64,000 bases of DNA from Octopus vulgaris (Eukaryota): contig OX597831.1 in the NCBI GenBank assembly GCA_951406725.2, positions 36,084,001 to 36,148,000 on the forward strand, given 5' to 3'. The notes under the pieces were generated by a model. It was given only the letters and a program-made list of their open reading frames with translations. It did no database searches and was not told the origin of the DNA. Of this stretch, positions 14,746-28,625 are shown piece after piece; positions within the stretch are counted from its first letter, which is position 1, and each line of letters starts with the position of its first letter. A program made the translations under genes and the position numbers.

Positions 14746-14817
14746 CTATTCATATATGAACTGACATATACATACGCACAGACTTACAATCACGCATGTA
14801 TGTGTCTATATATGTGT

Positions 14818-14861
<44 letters not shown>

Positions 14862-15092
14862 TATGCATGAATAGCTATACTTATACATGTATACATGTAT
14901 GTCTGTGTATATATGAAGATGTGTATATGTATATATACATATATACATAGATGTGTATATATATATAAATACATATATAGATATATATATGTATATGTAT
15001 ATATATATATGCATTTATATATATATAAGCATATATAACTATACTTATACAGGTACATACATATATATATGTGTGTCTGTGTGTGTGCGTGA

Positions 15093-15139
<47 letters not shown>

Positions 15140-16169
15140 CTTACACACGCACACAGTAAAGATGTGTTTTGAGACAGCTTAAAAAACAACAGGTAGCAGT
15201 TACTGATAAAGTACTCGATGTAAATGTAGAAGCTAAAAATTTTACTTGTAAGTAACGGAGGTTGATTGTGACTTCAAAGTTTTGCCGGCAGCAGCTCGTG
15301 AGTTAGTGGCTGTTGTCGAGGTTTGGGAATCGAAGCCGCCCGGCATTTCCTTCGACTTCACACAAGCACGCACAGACAGAGACAGACAAACAGACACACA
15401 CACTGGAATATGTGTATACATACATATATACACATGTATACACACACGTACATAAATAAACACATACACTTAGACAAACATAGATGCAGATATATACAAA
15501 TGTACTAATCTGTATGCATCCGCATAACAGCATATATACATACATACATATATACATGCACAAACACACACACAATATATATATGATCTGATTTTATTTT
15601 TGTAAATCTAATCTTGTGTTTATTATTGTTGGTATAACAACTCTGCGTAGACAAAACAAGATTTGTTTCAACACGCAAATCCACATAAAACATCTTGCTG
15701 CAAAATCTTGTAAATGTAAAGTTTTACATAAGAACACTCGAACATCGAGGATGACTCACTATTTTTCAGTACAGTTCCATATCATATTCATTTAACTTCA
15801 CAAGAAGATCGATAGGAACTTCGAATTTAGGTTTGAATTTACCCTGAAGCTTTACTTTATAGAAAAAATCAAATCAAAAGGCATATGTATTTTACACACA
15901 CTCTCACACACACACACATAAATATATATAAGTATATATGTATATATACATTTAAATGTGTGTGTGTGTTTAGTACACTGTGTAACGAAATGTTTAGAAT
16001 TTCTAGAAATCAAAGGAAATAACTACTATTCCCCCTAAACTTTGCTTTTGTGACCTGGACATCAATGTTTTGAAACTGACCTATTTCCCATTACATTTCA
16101 GACAGATTCAACACTGAGTAGCTGAAACAAAAATATCATCATAACAAATATTCTGTTCAATACCACATA

Positions 16170-16395
16170 CAGTAACCCCTCGCCACATCGCGTTTCACTT
16201 ATCGCGGTTTATTATTTAAGCTTACGTCGATTCCTCTGTGGTATTGTTTTGTATCTAAAATAAAATAAATATATACAAATTATAAATATAATGGAAAATA
16301 TATATATAAAGTACAGTACTGTTTCTACTTCGCGGATTTTCACCTATCGCGGTGATTTTTGGAACGTAACACCCGCGATAGTCGAGGGGTTACTG
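16170..16395. mobile_element. Tc1/mariner-pogo (Tigger-like) MITE
   Basis: TIRs CAGTAACCCCTCG...CGAGGGGTTACTG, TA target duplication on both sides, internal ATCGCG repeats. Inserted into an older repeat (~16020-16720). Confidence 0.88.
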
Positions 16396-16728
16396 TATTT
16401 GCTAGTGAATTACTTGATCATGTCAACGAGTTGCTGACACTATGTGCATCTCCGATCATGAGCTGGAGTAGTGGGAAAACATCACAACCATGTGCCGAGA
16501 GGAATTCTTTGGTGTTTCAATAAATTAACAAACGCAAAGTTTCAAGGTAATGTTTGCTATTTTTCATACTGTCTTGGGGTAAGCAAACAAGAAATAACAG
16601 TTGCTACCCAAGGATAATAAGAAAAATGGCTAACGTTTCCTTGAAACTTTGCTTTTGGTAATTTACTGAAAGACCAAAGAATTCCTCTCAGAACATGGTT
16701 GAGATGTTTCCCCACTATATCTATATAT

Positions 16729-16802
<74 letters not shown>

Positions 16803-17526
16803 GAGTTAGCGGTTATAGTAACAGACTAAGGGATAAAATATCCGTATATGCTATCGGTATCCGTTAACTGTATTACCCCTGGTCATTGGTGAGCAGACAC
16901 ACCATACACGTAGATTGCAGATAACAACTGGATAAATAAGAGTTTATCAGGAACCAATGCAAATAATTAGAAAATGGAGAAAACCACAGATTAACCAACA
17001 CATCGATTGGACCACATTTATAGCTTATTTTTTAATACAAAGCATAAAATAAGAAAATAGGTGACGTAACTTATCTTGCGGCTGTTACTGATCGGATTGC
17101 CCAAATGCAGTCTATTAATAAATGCGAGGATAAAGTTCTTTATCTCCATAGGGCATATGAATTAAGGCAACGGAGCTTCTTCAGAGTGAAAAACAAGAGC
17201 ATACAGTATAACCAAAAGGAAGATGGAAAAGGAAAGAAAACATGGCTTAGACAAATAGTCTAGGAGCCCAATATGTTAAGAACAAATAATTTATCATCAG
17301 AGGCTACAGAGTCGGTAGTTAAAAGAGTGAGCTAGTGATGATCTAGGGACTACTACAATTTATTGACGAGTAGATGCAATTAGAAGGCGGGGGGTGTCAG
17401 AATGCTTAAAAAAAAAAAGAAGTTATAGTTTTGTTGAAAACTGTGGTTTTCTCCATTTTCTTATTATATATATATATATATACACATATATACAAACGCA
17501 CACACACGTATATACGTATATATATG

Positions 17527-17609
<83 letters not shown>

Positions 17610-17757
17610 GTATGTATGTATGTATATGCGAAGGTTTTTGTTAAGCAGTTCTGTAAATAATGATAATAATAATGTATAAAGGCCAAAACTATGTGAAGTT
17701 AATGCAAGGTAAACCACAAGAAAACAAATATGTGAATTAATGTAGACTTACCTTGTA

Positions 17758-17793
17758 TTCAATATTTCGGGGTTATGACCCCATTTTCAAGAA
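17758..17793 (-). ncRNA. Minimal hammerhead-like motif with U3:A8 compensatory core
   Basis: ttc TTGAAAA t gggg-tcataa-cccc GAAA ta TT gaa. 4-bp GC stem II. Stem III may be CpG-decayed from ACGT. Confidence 0.5.
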
Positions 17794-17970
17794 ATTGACG
17801 ATTGTTGCCGATGTGAGTGTGTGTGAAATTTATAGGTGATGGCCGTTATAAGTTTAATGACTAGAGAAAATAGTCTATGTTTTTACCCTCGAAGGTTTAT
17901 ATGCCCCAATAATATTCTATTTTCTTTAGTCGTTTCACGGTGATCGCTTATATGCCTTAAGCTTATAAAA

Positions 17971-18013
<43 letters not shown>

Positions 18014-18024
18014 TACAGAACATG

Positions 18025-18055
<31 letters not shown>

Positions 18056-18068
18056 CTATGTATATATA

Positions 18069-18424
18069 TTCTTTATTTGTTTCGGTTACTGGACTGCGGC
18101 CATGCTGGAGCACCTCCTCGAGTCGAACAAATCGACCCAAGGGCATATTCTTTGTAAGCCTACTACTTATTTTATCGGTCTCTTTTGCCGCTAAGTTAGG
18201 GGGACGTAAACACACCAACATTGGTTGTTAAGCGATGGTGGGGGTACAAACACGGACACGCCAACACACATACACACGGCGGGATTCTTTCAATTTCCGT
18301 CTACCAAATCTACCCACAAGGCTTTGGTCGGCTTGAGGATATAATAGAAGGTTCTACGCAGTGGGACCGAACCCAGAACCATGTGGTTAGGAAGCAAGCT
18401 TCTTACCACACAGCCACGCCTGCG

Positions 18425-18427
<3 letters not shown>
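18069..18427 (-). mobile_element. tRNA-derived SINE, family A
   Basis: Reverse complement of the family consensus. Confidence 0.85.
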
Positions 18428-18504
<77 letters not shown>

Positions 18505-18923
18505 TATATTTATATGTATATATATATATATATGTATAAATATATATTTATATGTATATATATATATATATATGTATAAATATATATTTATATGTATATA
18601 TATATATATGGCTTATATTATTATCCTTTAAGTAGTACATTTCTCGTTAGCAACTGTGCTAAGTCAGTTCTTAAAAGAACATTTTGGATATTGATGATCA
18701 GTCGAAAACTGACAGGGATAGAGGCAAGCCATTCATAAATAAGTCGAAAATAATGTGGACAAGAAAATAGAAATAGTAATTTTCTTCTTTATAGGTCACA
18801 ACTTGACCAAAGAGGATTGTAAACACGAAGAGCTAAAATATAATATCATACTCTCTGCTTGTATGTCTCTCTCTGTCTCTTTTCTCTCTCTCCCTCTCCG
18901 TGTCTCTCTCTGTATGCATGCAT

Positions 18924-18970
<47 letters not shown>

Positions 18971-19773
18971 CGTGTATCATATAAAGAAGTAAAAACGGGA
19001 GCTATGAAATCGATTTATGAAAGTAAAATGACACGGGAGAAAAAAAAGTTAAACATTTATAAGGAGGATTCATAAAACATCAATTTCCAAGGAAAATTAA
19101 ATAGAAAAATATCACAGGAACTTAACGAAATTACTACGAGTATTGAACACAAGAAAAACCCTCATAAATATTGCTCTAGGCGTTTTTATAGTAGTTGACT
19201 GATCTTGCAGAGAGAAATAATGCAACGTCCATGTTAAGGAAGCTTTTTGTGGCTCTCTTTTTGTGTAGAGGTGTACTGTTAAAGATAAATTTTCGTACAA
19301 TACTTTCACAAGACGCTAACGAAATCGAATTATGAAATTAACGTCTAGTATATGATGGATACAACGGCGAATTGGCAGGGTAGCGTTAGGCAGAGTGCCT
19401 CGTGGTATTTATTCTAAAGCCCACTGTGGTCTGATTCCAAATCCCTCTGAAACCAAGGTTGCTATTCATTCTTGCGGCGATAATAAATAAATGCATCAAT
19501 CAAATACTAGAGGAGACTATCTTCTTTCTCACTCTTTACATGCACCGATCCATCCACACCCGTACATATAAGTATGTCTGCATCTCTGTGTTTCTCTCTC
19601 TTTACATACATACACACATCTCTCTCTCTATATATACATCTATATATATATATATATATATTTAAAATTAAGGATAAAATCTTTATAAGAAATTATCAGT
19701 AGTTAGCGTGAAAAACCTCGTAAGAGAAAAAATCTGTAGATAATTCCACTTTGAAAATATTTATTTATATTAA

Positions 19774-20047
19774 ATAGAGGGTACTATTATTCATAGGTAC
19801 CGCACGCTAGGAGGGACTTTTGCAGTCAAAACTACTAAAATAAACAAATTGTACCGAATGCAAAACTTCAAAGCAAGTCATTTAAAAACAGAATTTAGTT
19901 ACATATCACCTGTGATTTGTAACTAAATTCTGTTTTTAAATGACTTGCTTTGAAGTTTTGCATTCGGTACAATTTGTTTATTTTAGTAGTTTTGACTGAA
20001 AAAGTCCCTCCTATCGTGCAGTACCTATGAATAACAGTACCCTCTAT
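19774..20047. repeat. Near-perfect ~270 bp palindrome (arms ~135 bp) with a ~110 bp one-sided extension, inside (TA)n
   Basis: 19774-19908 is the reverse complement of 19912-20047, with few mismatches. Confidence 0.9.
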
Positions 20048-20304
20048 ATATATATATATATATATATATTATCTATCTATCTCTATATATATGTATGTAT
20101 AAAAGACATGCTGTGTCATCTTACCCTTTTAGAGGATTTAAGTAAAATTATAGAAATGTGTCCAACTGCTTAAATTAATTCTATTTATTTATACAGCTGT
20201 GGATAGCTCTCCATTTAAATTGATGTAATGATTGCATTGTCCAATGAAATGGAGCCGCTTGAAACGGTAATACTGCATCACCTTTGGATATCCTGTTGCT
20301 TATT

Positions 20305-20337
<33 letters not shown>

Positions 20338-20433
20338 ATACACATGTATATATATACACACACACATATATATGTATGCATATACATATGTATACACGCA
20401 TACACACATTCAGACACACACACACTCACACAC

Positions 20434-20510
<77 letters not shown>

Positions 20511-20784
20511 AATGGCACCCATTTTTCGCTTCGCACACCCGTGCTCTTTTCAACACTTGCACCATAAAGCACCTAAAAGAGTTTCAGAGCCCACTTCTCT
20601 GATTTCTCTATTAATGCTCTCCTTCAGTTGCACCAGTGTCTCCGTTTTTTGATGTAAACCCTCCTTTTCAGGTATCCCCAGAAGAACAAATCTAGCGGGT
20701 CAAGTCTGGGGAACATGAAGGCCATTCAAAGAAAATCCTCACACATGGTTCCAGTAAGATGGGACAACTGCTCGTATATAGACT

Positions 20785-20832
<48 letters not shown>

Positions 20833-21399
20833 AATTCTTCAGGCAGAATTTTCCTGGAGGGTATATCAGCCGAAACGTTGTATTAACAACAAACAAGATG
20901 AGGACAAATATCCATCGAATGTAAATAATGTAAACACTATGTAGAGTTCAGCATTATATTAAAGGGGAACAGTTCGTTAACATAGATCCTGATACTTCAA
21001 CAGTGAAAACCTGTGTTACATTAACATGGACGATACCCAACATATTCTAGAGGCAGGTGACGTACTTAAGACGCGTATGGAAATAATCTTCAGTTATTTT
21101 CAATTAGCAGGTCAATCCTTTCTCCACCACAACCGTTCACTCCCACCAATATTTCAGATATTTTTTCACTATTATGTGTTGATTCAAACAGAGAACACAG
21201 AAACGAATGAATTATGAATTAGCTGACATGGAAATATAAACATAAATATAAATTTTCTTCTGTTTAAAGAAAATATTTGTTCTTTTAAAAACCACTTTGC
21301 AAAGATAAAGGGAAAAAAATATTACATCTCTTTCCAGTAAGTAGCTTGTCAAAATGAGGCGTTATATTTGATGTAGATGCTGCAATGTGTCTTCCAAAT

Positions 21400-22700
21400 G
21401 TCCATTCCTTAGAGACTAATGTTTCTTGCTTTTTCTCCTTTTTTTTTCTTTTCTTATGCTTCCATCTATTTATTTTCTAGATTTTGAGTGAAATACTGTC
21501 TAAATCTCTGAGATGATTTGTTTTTAATACGATTATAATTTTTCAGATGAAGAGAAAATCAAACTGAAGGAAACGTAAGTATTGAAGCATTTCTCATCTC
21601 AGAGGCTGAGTACAGAAGAACGAAAATTTATTATCTTATGTCGAATAATTCTTCAGATATGGAAATATTTCAGCTAAGATTTGGAAAGGTAATATTTTAC
21701 CTGTCCAAAACTTTTGCAGATGTCCCGCAAGGTTTTAGTTCTCAGAAATTATTTTGGTTCACTGCCGAACGTTGGAATTGAATAACCTCCAACTGCAAAT
21801 GTTTTGGCATTTATAGACAAAGTAAATCTGTCAAATTCTTCAATCAAAAGATCAGTTTGCCATCAATATTCTCATTCTACTTTGGCGTATTTGCACAGAG
21901 GGATATTCTATGAGTTATGGATGGGGTTGGAGATGATGTAATTCGATTTCAATGGTTAACCTCCGAAAAATTCTAATTTCATCTTAAAGGTTTTGGCTTT
22001 CACAACAGTAAATAACATTTGGTATTTGGTACATAATTTGATTTGTTCCATGACTCTAAAGATAGAGATTATTTAGCTGTGCAGGAATTTTATAAAAAGA
22101 AGATAGCATAAATCTAAGATTCCTTTGAAACTTCTAGAATTTTCTTATTTCATTTTCTTATGCAGTTGCTATTTTCTCCACTTCATAGAAAAATTAACGA
22201 AACACTTCCTTATAAAAGAGTGTGTATAGCGCTAACACATATAAATGATTTAAGATGTGTTATGCATTTGTCTTTTAGGGTTGAAGTTTAAAAAAATAAA
22301 TTACAACTTTCATATCAAACTCGAATTTCGAAGACACAAGTTCATTTGTTATCTGGTTTTCTTTTCCGTATTCAGCGAGCAACAGATTTCTAAATTGTCA
22401 GACCCACAAGAGTTTTGTTTTCTGATGCTCCCCTTTATTTGCCTCTTTCTTTTTTGTTTCTGAATCTCGACGAATGCCACCGTGTTGTAAATAATACCAG
22501 CAAAGATTTCCACTACACGTGTGACAAGAATTTTCCAGCAAAGCTGACTGTTTATAAGTTCAATACTCATACTCTTTTGGATTTTAAGTTTCCTGCAACA
22601 GTACACCCATATTCTATCAACTCATAGGTACATCATAACTCATTCATGTCTTCCACACAGTTCTTTCAACACGAAAATGACCGACGTTCTATTACTTGCA
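21400..22700 (-). pseudogene. Heavily decayed hAT (Buster/GTF2IRD2-like) transposase fragments
   Basis: Minus-strand pieces MLFTVVKAKTFKMKLEFF, MPKHLQLEVIQFQ and AEIFPYLKNYS occur in the expected order, with many stops and frameshifts. Confidence 0.5.
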
Positions 22701-23644
22701 CACACAAACGTACATACACATCTATGCAGAAGACACCACTCTGCATTCTTTTAACCTCGTATACTGAGGTATGTTCTACATGCTACTTATTTTCTGTGAG
22801 ACATGCAGAAACTCTATGAATGACCTGAAAAAACACTGCTGGAAAGAACAGTGGCCTCATCCAAATCTGCAAGAAAGCCCATGCAACCACGCGGTCTCGA
22901 GTTCAGTCCCGCAGCGCGGTGCCTTAAGCAAGTGTCTTTTATTATGGTTCTTGGTTGACTAATGCCTTGTCAACGAATTCAGTGGGGACGAAAACAGTGT
23001 GGACGTCTGCCGTAATATATATAATATATATAATCCGTTGGCCAAATTAATTTATAGTTTTTTTTTTGCACAGATAGACTTGAATATACATTGACATGTC
23101 CTGGTTTTCATATCTTTTCCTTTTTTCCTTTTACAAGTTATTTGTAAATATCCGGTCAGATTGTCCGTATTACCCTATTTGTTTTTCCTCCTTAATATTT
23201 TTTGCTAATAATTTTTTTCATGTTTTCCTAAAATTCTTTACTTTGACCAGAATTGCAATACATAACTTTAATTATTATCATTATAATTGTTTTTTCTTAC
23301 ATATTTGTATTGCCCTTTGAAACGTTCGTATGTGAATATCAAATTATATTTTGAACTTTTAACATCTCTTCTCCATTTTTATAGTTGTTTATAGTGTTTT
23401 ATATAAGATTTTATCTTATACATACCTATAACAAAGTTTGTACTTGTTATTTTCATACTTTAATTGCTTGTTCTAGCTGGCTATTTTTTTGGATATGATG
23501 AAATTTCATTAGAAATATTTTCTCTTTTTGGCCTCCTCAAAAAGTTTGAATTGTTCTGCTTGAACTTATTGTTTCTCTCTCTTTTTTTCACAAACACACA
23601 CACATACATACATACATACATACATACATACATACATACATACA

Positions 23645-23721
<77 letters not shown>

Positions 23722-24006
23722 AACTTATAAACAAGGGCAAAAGAAAAATTATTTCCATGCCAATATGCTGATGACAGACTTTAAATCGTCAATTTCCACA
23801 TATCATTATACACTCACTATAAATACATGTCGTACTGAAATCGGGAAAGCTCTAGCCAACAGAATTTTTAAAAAACAGTTCGTTATTTCTATATTGAATC
23901 AATTTCGGGATTAATCCTATGGATTTTTCCCCCTTCAGTAGAAAATACGATAAGTAATAAATGAAATACTTACACGCACTCTTGGAAAAAATCAACCACT
24001 GGTAAC

Positions 24007-24061
<55 letters not shown>

Positions 24062-24077
24062 CATACATACATATCTA

Positions 24078-24490
24078 AAAGTAAATTAAATATAGAGATA
24101 TTGACAATCCAATTATTACTTTATCTATATTATGATATTACATTAAGCACTATGAATATAATATAACATAGCATAACATGATATTATATAACATAAATGA
24201 TTATAAAAACCATAAAAGACCAACAAATTGTTCCGACATATATTGTTTCTGATATACATAATCACAGTCCAATTATACATAAAGTGACTTTATATAATGG
24301 GACTGTGATTATATATATCAGAAAAAAATATAAGTCGAAACAATTTGTTGGCCTTTTCTGGTTTTTATAATAATTTATGTTATATAATGTTATTTATGTT
24401 ATATTATATTCATAATATTTAATGTAATATTGTAATATAAGAAAATTATTGGATTGTCAATAGTATATCTCTAAATTTAAGTTACATTTA
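24078..24490. repeat. Imperfect ~410 bp palindrome centred at ~24285 with one-sided tail, inside (TA)n
   Basis: ttgacaatcc/ggattgtcaa, caacaaattgtt/aacaatttgttg and aatcacagtcc/ggactgtgatt pair symmetrically around aaagtgacttt. Confidence 0.8.
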
Positions 24491-24588
24491 TGATTTATAT
24501 TTATATTTATATGGTATCCAACTGAAGTACCAGTGAATCGGATGTTTAACACACCCCTTTGAAGGATTTATTTTCCTCAGTTTGTTAC

Positions 24589-24620
<32 letters not shown>

Positions 24621-24621
<1 letters not shown>

Positions 24622-25020
24622 GTAGGAATGGCTGTGTGGTAAGTAGCTTGCTTACCAACCAAATGGTTCCGGGTTCAGTTCCACTGCGTGGGACCTTGGA
24701 CAAGTGTCTTCTACTATAGCCTCGGGCTGACCAAAGCCTTGTGAGTTGATTTAGTAGACGGAAACTGAAAGGAGCCCGTCGTATATATGCATATATATAT
24801 GCGAGTGTGTATATGTTTGTGTGTCTGTGTTTGTCCCCCCATCATCGCTTGACAACCGATGTTGGTGTGTTTACGTCCCCGTAAGTTAGCGGTTCGGCAA
24901 AAGAGACCGATAGAATAAGTACTAGGTTTACAAAGAATAAGTCCTGTGGTCGATGTGCTCGACTAAAGGCGGTGCTCCAGCATGGCCACAGTCAAATAAC
25001 TGAAACAAGTAAAAGAGTAA
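24621..25020 (+). mobile_element. tRNA-derived SINE, family A
   Basis: Full-length match to the family. Confidence 0.9.
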
Positions 25021-25054
25021 TATATATATATATATACACACACACATTTTCATC

Positions 25055-25235
25055 ATGCTGAACCGTTAATCCCTAAATATTTTTCTCTCTCTCCGTTTTC
25101 CCCCTCTCTTAATCCTTTCTGTTGAAGAGAATTGACTCGAAACGTCAAAGACATTTCCATTCCTCCCGAGTTGTAACCTAATACACCCGCTTGTTGTTCT
25201 TTCACTTGTCTTCGTCTTTTGCTTTCTTTAAATTT
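25055..25235 (+). mobile_element. Short repeat with HHR-like motif at 25115-25150
   Basis: cttt CTGTTGA a gag-aattga-ctc GAAAC GTC aaag. Confidence 0.62.
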
Positions 25236-25469
25236 GAACAATGTATGCATATGTATGTATGTATATATGCATGTATTTATGTACGCGTATTTGTTTGTGA
25301 GCGTGCATGCGCGCGCACCTGTGTCTTTATGTTTGTCTTCCTACAGCTTGACAACCCCCATTTATTTACGGCTCCGTAACAGAGAAGGTCTGGCAAAAAG
25401 AAATGGCTACGATATCTACGATACTTACGAAAAACGTACTGAAGAGTGGGTGGGTGGTTGCTTGTTTGT

Positions 25470-25772
25470 TTGTTTGTTCCTTCTCGAGTTATGCCTGGCT
25501 CATAAGAGCCGGATTCCCGGTTTCTTGGCGTATAGGTTCCTCACCTGGACAGGACGCCGGTCCGTCGCAGGTGAGCTGCAAGATGCAGGAGGAAAGAGTG
25601 AGAGAAAGTTGTGGCGAAAGAGTCAGCAGAAGTTCGCCATTACCTTCTGCCGGAGCCGCGTGGAGCTTAGGTGTTTCGCTCATAAACACACACATCGCCC
25701 GGTCTGAGATTCGAACCCGTGATCCCTCGACCGCGAGTCCGCTGCTCTAACCACTAGGCCATGTGTCTCCAC
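25470..25772 (-). mobile_element. tRNA-derived SINE, family C subfamily
   Basis: Closely matches 28325-28625 and 59915-60192. Confidence 0.88.
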
Positions 25773-26124
25773 AGGGTGGGTGGTTGTTACAGACTGAGGC
25801 GGTGTGCCAGCATGCCCAAATTCCATTGACTTAAACAAGTAAACCGGTAGAATGAAGGCGAAGGAAAGAATATAATGCAACCGTGGCAATCCAGAAAATA
25901 TTTTATTAGATTCTTCCCGGGTGAGAAGAAACTATAGCAATTTCCTGTTTATTTACGGTCTAACACTAGGTTTGCAAGTTAGCGAAAATGGTGGATCTCT
26001 CGTTTAGTTTTAAGATACATCGCATGCATACTCTGGGATTGCATCATCAGTGATGTTTCTGGGGTTTCAGTGGGGTTTCGGGTCTTTCAACACCAGATTA
26101 ATCTCACACAAGTTGGCGTTCATC

Positions 26125-26430
26125 CATTTATGTCTAATATCCTCAAAAATGGAGATCTGACCCCGGAGATCAACCACTGGTATAGTCTGGCTGCCGGAGT
26201 CATATACTTCCTTTGGAAGCCCTTTTGGTGCCACTTCTCTATCTTCCAGAATATGCAGCTCCGCATCTACAACGTATCGGTTCTTTCCACTCTTCTCTAT
26301 GGAGTAAAAACGTGGCCCTTCTCGAAGACTCTGGCAAAGATGATCGACGGCTTCGATTGCAGAGCTCTGAGAACCATCGAGAACATCAGATGGTACCATC
26401 ATGTTTCCAACAATCAACTGTATGCATGCA
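26125..26430 (+). pseudogene. RTE-type LINE fragment (region downstream of RT)
   Basis: GDLTPEIN...LRIYNVSVLSTLLYGVKTW...IDGFDCRALRTIENIRWYHHVSNNQLY matches the LLYG.ETW...W...VSN signature. Confidence 0.8.
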
Positions 26431-26848
26431 AGCATCAGACTGCAGTCCCCGCCATTAATTAAATTTTATGGTTATTAATTAAATATACCAATCAAAATTT
26501 ATGCTTATGTGTTAAACTTAGTTTCATAATTAGCTACATCAATTAAACGTTATTCGTTATATTTAAAGATACAAATAAAACTTTATGCATTGTGATTAAA
26601 TATAGAAAGAAATGAAACTATAGTATCTGCTGACATGTCTGAAATAAAGAAGAAATACGGGAGTGTATCTAAAGCAAACTGAATGCAGTTCCACCTGCGA
26701 ATTGGGTGTAAATACAGCAACAGCAGAATGTATTCATTATCTAAATACTGAGGTTGCTTCGGGGAGGTTATGTAAAGTGTTTTGAGAATGTGATTCTACA
26801 CAAAATGATAATATGCTTTATGATTAAATGTACTATACATTACAAATG

Positions 26849-27135
26849 TAGAGGCGCAATGGCCCAGTGGTTAGGGCAGCGGCCTCGCGGTCGTAGGATC
26901 GCGGTTTCGATTCCCAGACCGGACGTTGTGAGTGTTTATTGAGCGAAAACACCTTAAAGCTCCACGAGGTTCCGGCAGGGGGTGGTGATCCCTGCTGTAC
27001 TCTTTCACCACTCTTTCTTCTGTTGGCCTGCTCGCTTAGCCAGCGGGGTGGCGTCATTCGAAGGCGAAAACAATGCGAACGCATTGTGACCAGCGATGTG
27101 TAACTACATCTGATGGACTGGTCGGTCACGTGATC
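26849..27135 (+). mobile_element. tRNA-derived SINE, family C
   Basis: Same head and GTCGGTCACG tail as 12037-12265. Confidence 0.88.
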
Positions 27136-27319
27136 ACATTACAAATAAAAGATACCATTGGCTTGTCATAGATTTTTGCACGTAGGAAGATTCAGTTAAA
27201 GTTGCTAGCATGGAGTCAAGTTTTTCTGTGGAAGACCAGTAAGTCTCCACAACACTGTTGATGCTCAAATACCTTTCTGTTTTATATTTACATTTATCAA
27301 GAAAAATATATTAATGAAG

Positions 27320-27568
27320 TACTCTTTTACTCTTTTACTCTTTTACTCTTTTACTCTTTTACTTGTTTCAGTCATTTGACTGCGGCCATGCTGGTGCACC
27401 GCCTTTAGTCGAGCAAATCGACCCCGGGACTTATTCTTTGTAAGCCCAGTACTTATTCTATCGGTCTCTTTTGCCGAACCACTAAGTGACAAGGACGTAA
27501 ACACACCAGCATCGGTTGTCAAGCAATGCTAGGGGGACAAACACAGACACACAGGCACACACACACAC

Positions 27569-27603
<35 letters not shown>

Positions 27604-27757
27604 CATATATACGACAGGCTTCTTTCAGTTTCCGTCTACCAAATCCACTCACAAGGCATTGGTCGGCCCGGGGCTATAGCAGAAGACACTTGCCCAAGAT
27701 GCCACGCAGTGGGACTGAACCCGGAACCATGTGGTTGGTTAGCAAGCTACTTACCAC
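27320..27757 (-). mobile_element. tRNA-derived SINE, family A with (ACTCTTTT)n tail
   Basis: Reverse complement of the family; five 8-bp tail repeats at 27321-27360. Confidence 0.9.
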
Positions 27758-27833
27758 GTATTTTATTGATGTATTTTATAATTATGTATCAATTGGGCTA
27801 AATATTTGATGAAGCCATAATTTAAACAACTAC

Positions 27834-28030
27834 TTATATACAAAATTAAGAGGAATGACTACTAGAGTGCACACCTAATATGCTAAACATAGACGTCAAA
27901 TAGTCATTACCACGAAGAATGCTGAGATTTTTCTTGAGAACACATTCTTCGAGGTAATGACGATTTGACGTCTATGTTTAGCATATTAGGTGTCCACTTT
28001 AGTGGTCATTTCTCTTAATTTTGTATGTAA
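27834..28030. repeat. ~200 bp inverted repeat (arms ~88 bp, spacer ~21 bp)
   Basis: cacctaatatgctaaacatagacgtcaaat pairs with atttgacgtctatgtttagcatattaggtg, and the flanking sequence also pairs. Confidence 0.85.
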
Positions 28031-28324
28031 CACAATTTTTAATCTTCGGATTTTATAAATATATTAAGCCACTGGTTTTAATTGATTAATATCAATTTCT
28101 ACCCTTATTATTTAATTTTAACTACTTATATATATGTAGAACAAACATTCTGGTCCAACTGGCAGCATCTTTTCTTCAGTCGTAGGATCTCTCTCACTCT
28201 CTCTCTCCTCTTCCCACTCTCTCCTCTCTCTCCTCTCTCCCCCTCTCTCTTTCTGACCTAGCAGAAACTCATCTAACAACTTCTTCCACAAAATGTTATC
28301 CCACTATAATTCTTTTTTTTTTTG

Positions 28325-28625
28325 TTAGTTCCTTCTCGAGCCACACCTGGCTCATAAGGGCCGGTTTCCCGGTTTCTTTGGCGTATAGCTTCCCCACCTG
28401 GACGGGATGCCGGTCCATCGCAGGTGAGCTGCAAGATGCAGGTGGAAAGAGTGAGAGAAAGTTGTGGCGAAAGAGTCAGCAGAAGTTCGCCATTACCTTC
28501 TGCCGGAGCCGCATGGAGCTTAGGTGTTTCGCTCATAAACACACACATCGCCCGGTCTGAGATTCGGACTCGCGATCCCTCGACCGCGAGTCCGCTGCTC
28601 TAACCACTAGGCCATATGCCTCCAA
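28325..28625 (-). mobile_element. tRNA-derived SINE, family C subfamily, with probable TSD
   Basis: Matches 25470-25772; flanked by direct repeat actataattcttt (28303 and 28626). Confidence 0.88.

Noticed and set aside
21547-21574. Micro-exon-like tttcag...gtaagt on the plus strand
   Set aside because: It lies inside a decayed minus-strand hAT remnant and has no other support.
23768-23845. CTGATGA...GAAAT as a hammerhead (similar partial matches at ~12.9, 53.6 and 54.2 kb)
   Set aside because: Could not build stems I and III with a valid NUH site.
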